DNA from: Babesia bigemina
Taxonomy: Eukaryota
Direction of reading: 5' to 3'
Assembly (NCBI RefSeq): GCF_000981445.1
Contig: NC_027218.1
Location: 2,728,001 to 2,792,000, forward strand
DNA: 64,000 nt
Numbering within the stretch: position 1 is the first letter of the stretch; each line of letters starts with the position of its first letter. Shown here one piece after another: positions 57,917 to 64,000 of this stretch. The notes under the pieces were generated by a model. The model was not told the DNA's origin. It made no database searches and saw only the letters and a program-made list of their open reading frames with translations. The position numbers were made by a program, and so were the translations under genes.

Positions 57917-58672
57917 TTACATGTTTTCGTAGGCGTCGTCGTACGCCTCGTCCCACGTCCACTTCAGCAGCGGCTGCTCGATGAACACGTGGTTGGGGCA
58001 GGGACGGTCGACCACCTGGTGCAGGCTGAGCGCCATGTAAGGCACGCACGTGCCATCCCTAAGGCGCGTGTGCATCTTGCTGAGCTGGCTGTCCATAATC
58101 TGCAGGGTGCGGCGAGCCAGGTCGTCGGTGTCTTTAAAGCGGAGTTCCTGCACAGTGTTAACGCGCCATTTATAAGGGCATAAGTGTTGCTAATGCCACC
58201 AGCAAGTTCACATATGTACTCATCTACGCAACATAACCCACGACACTAACAAACACGGAACCTCAAGGGTAGGCCAGGCGGCCTGAACACAGCTCCGCTG
58301 CGACACAACACAATGGCGGCGGCATACCGGCATCGAAAACACGCCACAGCAACCGCTTCATTGAACAAGCACGCGGCTCATAGGTGCGATACGAAGCCTC
58401 TCGGCAACATAGCAGCACCGCCAAAACGCCGTGAGCGGCGGCAGAATCTAGTTGCGACCCATACAGACAAAAAGACGGACACCCATCCGTCAATATCGTA
58501 TACCACTTACACTAATCTTGCCGAGACAGAAGTTGGTCTCCTCAATGGCCCAGTTCGGGTCCTTCTTCTCCAGCTGGTCCGAGGTGACGTAGCGGCCGGC
58601 GTAAACCGCCCCGAAGCGCCGCGCCTGAAGCGCGAAACGCTGTGGCGCCCGGGTGAGATAGGGCGTCAACAT
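57917..58672 (-). CDS. Small multi-exon protein, probably mitochondrial
   Basis: Exon 1 58511-58672 has an Arg-rich presequence-like N-terminus and a GTAAGT donor. Last exon 57917-58147 follows tgtgcag; internal exons unresolved. Confidence 0.55.
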
Positions 58673-59583
58673 TTTATCACCATTACGTGTGACGGAAATG
58701 TGCTAGCACTGCGAGCCGGAACGCGTCGTGGGGAAACACATCACCCAGGCAGTTCGAGATTCTAGAGTGCTGCACAGTTGCGGTGCCGTAGACAAATGTT
58801 TTGCCGTATTATGCGTGGTTAGTCCGCGTCGTCTCATGTGTAGCAGTGGCCATCGCTAACGTACATAACACGGCGGAGGCGCAAAGCCGATAGACTCAGA
58901 CCGCCCGTTTTTTGCGCCACCAGCGATTCGGTGTAGAGATGGAAATGTGCTGAACCGTGTACCGACTCTGGCTTGACCAGTTTTTGGTCCGAAGCGGTTG
59001 ATCTGGAATATACGTCTCTACGTCGAATTGCGCTGAGCTGCTCGTGCTGAAACACGTGCCGCAAGTGGTTCAAAGCGATATCATGCGTTAGGCGTGATTT
59101 GTGTGGAGAGAATCTCGCCCGGGAGCTTTACTGCAGAACATCTCCTTGCGCGCGGCACCTAAACGTATTAGCCGGATCGCGCGGCACTTTGCCGTCGAAG
59201 GACGCGCGACAAGTGCATTATAAACCTTATCAGTGCTGTCGTATCGTACACATTTCGGTATCGGCCGACATGTGTTAAATGAGCCGCCGCCGGGAGTGCA
59301 GTGTGGCATGAATGCCACCACACTGTGGCTATCCTTCGACACATATAATGCATAAACGTCGTTAACAATTACATCCCTTGAGTTGCGACTCGAAGTGACC
59401 GCGAAAGTGGCCGTATTGCGTATACCGTGGCGGCGCCGCTATCCGCAGCCCATGCCGCCAAAAACCGCGGCGCTCGGGATCCATGCGATTTCACCCCCTG
59501 ATGTCGGCGTGACCAGCGTTCAGGTTGCAACAGAGGTGTATAGGAGTTTTTTGTAAAAATAAAGTTAAACCCGGCGTTGCGAG

Positions 59584-61806
59584 ATGGATCGCGACACATT
59601 TGGCGACGCCAAGCCGCGTGCTTCCACCGATTTTGCGCACCCGCTGATTGATCTCGGCTTCGATTCGCCAAGGTTCGAGCCCCTGCCCGTTCAATCAGAA
59701 TCCCAGGTCGCGCGGCCGAAGGCAGTAACGCGGAGCAGGTTTGCGCCCGCAGGAGACGCTGGCGACGTTGCTGCATTTTCCAACCACGGCAGGCATTATG
59801 AGTACGCGGACCGCGAGGCTTCCATGCGAGGCACCACCCAGACGAGGCCGGCCATGCGAGGCCCGGATATCTATGAATGCCACTCGGATTCCGACGGGAG
59901 CGTCGAGGAGCGAGTGATGAGGGATTTGACATGCATCATGGGGAACAGCTACTACTCGTCAGTACCATTTTCGGCATCGGGCGCGAAGCCATCCGACCCT
60001 TTCGCGACCAACTACGCGACGGTAAAAGCGCCTAGTGAGGCCCCCGCGGGTCCCTTCCAAGCGGCCGCAATGAGTGAGGGGGCACCCGTGTTCTTCTCGG
60101 ATGGGGAGCCGTGCGGCGCGACCATGCAAGAGGCGATTTTCCACCTCGAGAAGGCTGAGGGCAACCACAACATCCGAGATACCGCCAAGCGCACGGAGGA
60201 CCGAGGCCAGCAGCTGCGCGCGCCCCTCATCATGAACACGCGCCGCCCCGAAGACAACACCATCAGCAAAGATCCCATCATTTCCGGGCTGTTTTCACTG
60301 CGCAAACCGCGCGACGCCGGTGCGGGCATCGTTTCCGGGCTGAAGAGCGTCACCAAGGGTGTCGCGCTCGGGGCCGCCAGCCTGGTGGTATGCCCGGTGG
60401 TCGGCGGCCACTCGAGCGGCTTCGGCGGCTTCGTGAAGGGCATCGGCGCCGGCATGCTGGGCGCAGTGGCGCTGCCGGTGACTGGCGTCGGCATCGCCGG
60501 CTACCAGATCGGCAGGGGGATCTACAACACGCCCAACGCCATCTGCCAGCGCGTCAACGGCAAGAAGTGGAACAAGCAGCACTGCGAGTGGCGGGACAAC
60601 TGGTACTCCCTCGAGGAGGAGGTGAAGGAGGTGATGAACGCCATCGAGCGGCAGCGCGAGGCGGTGCAGCAGCAGCAGGCGGACGTGGACGTGTCGCAGC
60701 GCTACAACAAGCGCAACGTCGCCGTGGCCGAGACCGACTTCTACGACGTCCTCGGCGTTCCGCCCACCGCCACGCAGGCCGAGATCAAGCGGCAGTACTA
60801 CAAGCTGGCCAAGCAGATGCACCCCGACAAGACGCGGGACGCGGAGTCCACCGAGCAGTTCAAGAAGCTGGGCGAGGCGTACCAGGTGCTCGGCGACGAG
60901 CAGCGCCGGGCGCTGTACGACCAGCACGGGAAGCTGGCGTGCCACGACATGCCCATCCTCGACAGCGCGCTATTCTTCATGATGCTGTTCGGCTCGGAGA
61001 GCTTCGAGCCGTACGTCGGCAAGATGCGCATGGCCCTTTTCATGGAGCTCGAGCTGGGCAACCGCGGCTGCACGCCCACCGCCAACGACTTCGAGGTGGC
61101 CCAGTGGGACCGCGAGGTCAGGCTGGCGCTGAACCTGCGCGACAACGTGCGCTCGTACGTGTGCGGCAACCTGGAGACGTGGTACGGCGAGGTCCTCGAG
61201 AAGGCGAGGAGCCTCTGCACCAACTCCTTCTCCGTGGAGCTCGTGCACACCATCGGCTGGACCTACAACAACGTCGCGAAGCGCTACATCGGCAAGTGGG
61301 ACACCTTCATGGGCATCGGCGGCAAGGTGGCGAAGGTGCAGGAGCAGTCGAAGGCGCTCGGCAAGACCATCAAGGCGCTCACCTCCATGGTCAAGACCGC
61401 CGTCGCGGAGCGCAGCGTGAGCCGCAGTGCGCGCAACGGGGAGGACGAGAACCTGCTCAACGAGGACTACATGAAGGAGGTCTTCGAGAACGCCTTGCCC
61501 AACATCCTGGACACCATGCTCAACATCTGCCTGATGGACGTGCAGTCCACCGTGAAGAAGGCGTGCAAGCGCATACTGAGGGACATGGTGGTCGACAAGC
61601 AGTGGCGCCGCAAGCGCGCCGAGGGGCTGGGTCTCATGGGCCGCGCGTTCATGCTCGCAGCCCAGGACGCCCGCCAGCGCCTCGCCGCCGAGAGGAAGCC
61701 GCTCAGCATGTACGAAATGTTCGCCCAGGCAGCGGCGAAAATGCAGCAGAACAGGGAAAAGAGCCCGAATTCGGCCATGTACCGCACCGACGACGGTTTT
61801 TTTTAA
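59584..61806 (+). CDS. DnaJ-domain protein with DnaJ-X domain
   Basis: FYDVLGV...HPDK...LGEAYQVL J-domain followed by an X-domain-like region; glycine-rich hydrophobic segment upstream. Confidence 0.9.
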   Translation: MDRDTFGDAKPRASTDFAHPLIDLGFDSPRFEPLPVQSESQVARPKAVTRSRFAPAGDAGDVAAFSNHGRHYEYADREASMRGTTQTRPAMRGPDIYECHSDSDGSVEERVMRDLTCIMGNSYYSSVPFSASGAKPSDPFATNYATVKAPSEAPAGPFQAAAMSEGAPVFFSDGEPCGATMQEAIFHLEKAEGNHNIRDTAKRTEDRGQQLRAPLIMNTRRPEDNTISKDPIISGLFSLRKPRDAGAGIVSGLKSVTKGVALGAASLVVCPVVGGHSSGFGGFVKGIGAGMLGAVALPVTGVGIAGYQIGRGIYNTPNAICQRVNGKKWNKQHCEWRDNWYSLEEEVKEVMNAIERQREAVQQQQADVDVSQRYNKRNVAVAETDFYDVLGVPPTATQAEIKRQYYKLAKQMHPDKTRDAESTEQFKKLGEAYQVLGDEQRRALYDQHGKLACHDMPILDSALFFMMLFGSESFEPYVGKMRMALFMELELGNRGCTPTANDFEVAQWDREVRLALNLRDNVRSYVCGNLETWYGEVLEKARSLCTNSFSVELVHTIGWTYNNVAKRYIGKWDTFMGIGGKVAKVQEQSKALGKTIKALTSMVKTAVAERSVSRSARNGEDENLLNEDYMKEVFENALPNILDTMLNICLMDVQSTVKKACKRILRDMVVDKQWRRKRAEGLGLMGRAFMLAAQDARQRLAAERKPLSMYEMFAQAAAKMQQNREKSPNSAMYRTDDGFF

Positions 61807-62186
61807 GATTCGTCGGCAACATTTGTCAGCAGCGTACGCTAGCTGAGTCAGTACATTTATCAGCATTTAAACGTTACCAAACTAGCTTGCAACTGAATTT
61901 TGTGCCGCTACTGTACACCACGCCGCGACCTAGGGGCGGGTGGGACGGACTGCCCCCTCCGCCCTGCTCCTAATGACGGCCGTGCATCTCCCGTCAGCGA
62001 AGTCTGCCCGCCGGGCACTCTACGCGCCGAATAACGAATTAACACGTCGCCGAGGCGGACCTGACGCTCTGGCAACACGAACGGAGCCCAACCAGTCAGC
62101 AAGCGCAACACGCACAACACCATACGAACCAGCAACAAAGCCGAACCATAATTAGTCACGATGTTCTGTTTTCGCACCGACGAAAC

Positions 62187-62451
62187 TCAGTACTGCAGCG
62201 CAATGGAGACGCGGAAAGGTACACCCACCTTGAAGAAGCCAATGAGGTTGGCGCGCTCCCTGAAACACTGACGGCAGATGCTCAGGCCGTACTTGCGGAT
62301 CAGGCCGTGACGGTTGAAGCAGACACGGCTGCATAAAATGAAGGCGGTCGGGAAAGGCCGCGCGGCCGTGGCGGCCGGAACGGAGTGCAACGTACCACTG
62401 GTGACTGCCCGGACCGTAGTTCTTCGGATGCGTGTTGAAAAGGTTAGTCAT
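62187..62451 (-). CDS. RPS29: 40S ribosomal protein S29 (3 exons)
   Basis: [51 protein letters not shown]. Confidence 0.9.
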
Positions 62452-62643
62452 CTTGATACGATTGACGCAAAAACGCGCGCGATAATAGTTCCTAGCAATT
62501 GGCAGTGGCTGCGTGCCCAGTTTTACCGGCAACCGGGGACCTGGAGCTCGCGCCCCATGGAAGGCCTCCGGCGGCGCGTTGGGTGGCAAGACACACGGCA
62601 CACATTGGTTATCACTGCTATCAATTTACGGGGTATGTGTGAG

Positions 62644-63639
62644 CTAGAGTTCGTATGGTACTTCTTTTACGACATCATTGAGCCGTTCGAACTGCAGCAT
62701 TCAGACCGGGCGAAGAGTATACCCACCTTCTCCTGGACGTTGCTGGTGAAGTGGCCTGCACATCGTTCGTTTCGGCTACTGCTGGACGTACCCTGGGTGT
62801 TGCCGGGCGGGTTGAACCGGCAGATGAGCACTACCTGCCGGCCGTCGCAGCACGCGACGCCGCAGCCCACTTCCTACGGCACAGTGACTTGCTGAGGAGG
62901 CGGCTAACCAACCTGCGACGACTTCCAGACCAGTTGCGTGAACGATAGCACGTTGGGGTTCCGGTTCAATGGCCCACCTGAGGCGGAGATGGCGTGGACG
63001 GATGCGCTACCCACCGTTCTCAAAGTCGTAGTCGGTGTGCCCCTCGTACCAGAACTGTGCCGCTACCGCCTCGCTGAACCCGTCCAGGGCTGCGGAGAGG
63101 TAGTTGGTTCCCAGTTCGTTGCGATAATACAGCGGGATGTTGCAATTTAGTTGCCGGCTCAGCTGCGCATCCTTCACGGCGACTGGCGCACACTCACCTC
63201 CGCCGCTAACTTGTCGGCAGAAGATGCGAGTTTATCGCTCCTAAGCGCTGTTGCGAGGGCACGTGTAATCCACACTTACCATTTTAATGGCGGAGACGAG
63301 TGAAACTCCCGGTAGTCGTTCAGGGCTGCCAACATCCGCCCCTCCTGCAATATAGTTACGGGCCGTCATATCGATTCATTTGCGATACACATCACATTCA
63401 TATGTTGACATGATGCGTTGACAAGTACCGCGGGGAGTCTGGCAGCGACATAGAAAGGGAGCTGTCGTTATTGCAGCCTTCCGCGGCACAAGGGCCTAAC
63501 CCACCTCAAACCGGCAACACGGCGCAGCCGTGCGTTGCGAGATACTGGCATTTCCATATACTATTGGCAGACACGGCCGCAGAGGCAGCAGCGCCAGCAG
63601 AATTCCGCACACAGCGTAGCAAGGTACCGGCGCGATCAT
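62644..63639 (-). CDS. Secreted CAP/SCP/PR-1 domain protein (multi-exon, not visible in ORF track)
   Basis: Spliced reading MIAPVPCYAVCGILLALL...LNDYREFHSSPPLKWSDKL...LGTNY...FWYEG..DYDF...SFTQLVWKSSQEVGCGVACC...LICRFNPPGN...VPYEL*, with several short GT-AG introns. Confidence 0.8.
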
Positions 63640-64000
63640 CCGTCACCGGACACATGAACTCTCGGCGAGGTGAGCCGATACGGCTATTCTCAACACACAA
63701 TAGATCGTGCTTATAATGTAAACTTCGGCGCAATTCGGCTGCAGGTGCCCCTTGCAGCCCTGGAGTGGGTCAAGGATTCCGCACATAGACGTGGAGCGAT
63801 GCCGGCGTTGACCGCGATAAAACCCGATGTAATCGCGAAAACGCGTCGAATGGGCACAATTTACGTTGCATCAAACGTAAAGGAACGATAGCGTGCCGCT
63901 ATTTTAATCCGTTACGGCTCCAGCGCCTAGACACCGTGTAAAACACGGTACACCTACAAGCGTGACTTGTCGCGCAATCCGGTATTTCGCGGCTTTACAC

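Noticed and set aside
59959..61973. Long overlapping ORFs (527 aa +, 298 and 216 aa -) over the DnaJ gene
   Set aside because: Shadow frames produced by high GC3; same for 42123-43784, 46381-47287 and 53022-53765.

Overview
Eukaryotic, intron-containing DNA from a piroplasmid apicomplexan. It is most likely Babesia of the B. bigemina/B. ovata type, inferred from ves-like genes, ~35-nt GT-AG introns and apicoplast-targeted ribosomal proteins. The window has two compartments. (1) ~1-36 kb is an AT-richer variant-antigen island. It holds an intact 1724-aa VESA1-like gene, two VESA-related genes carrying mammalian p180/RRBP1-type NQGKKAEGAQ decapeptide repeats (one with an in-frame TGA, one 3'-truncated), a short ves2-like gene and an orphan ves tail. 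It also holds an MFS transporter, a secreted protein, a 6-Cys-like relic and six or seven members of a family of small, signal-less, Cys-rich single-TM proteins (CxCCPWCCxxC motif) that sit in duplicated cassettes with the ves-like genes. Two different 75-76-bp tandem repeats upstream of these genes look like amplified exon+intron units. (2) ~36-64 kb is a compact, GC-richer housekeeping block: apicoplast L17 and L15, archease, an importin-like HEAT protein, BUD31, DDX1, a CCCH zinc finger, a tail-anchored coiled-coil protein, MPP-alpha, a helical-repeat protein, a DnaJ protein, RPS29 and a multi-exon CAP/SCP gene hidden from the ORF track. Exon structures were read by eye and family assignments rest on recognised motifs, not database searches.
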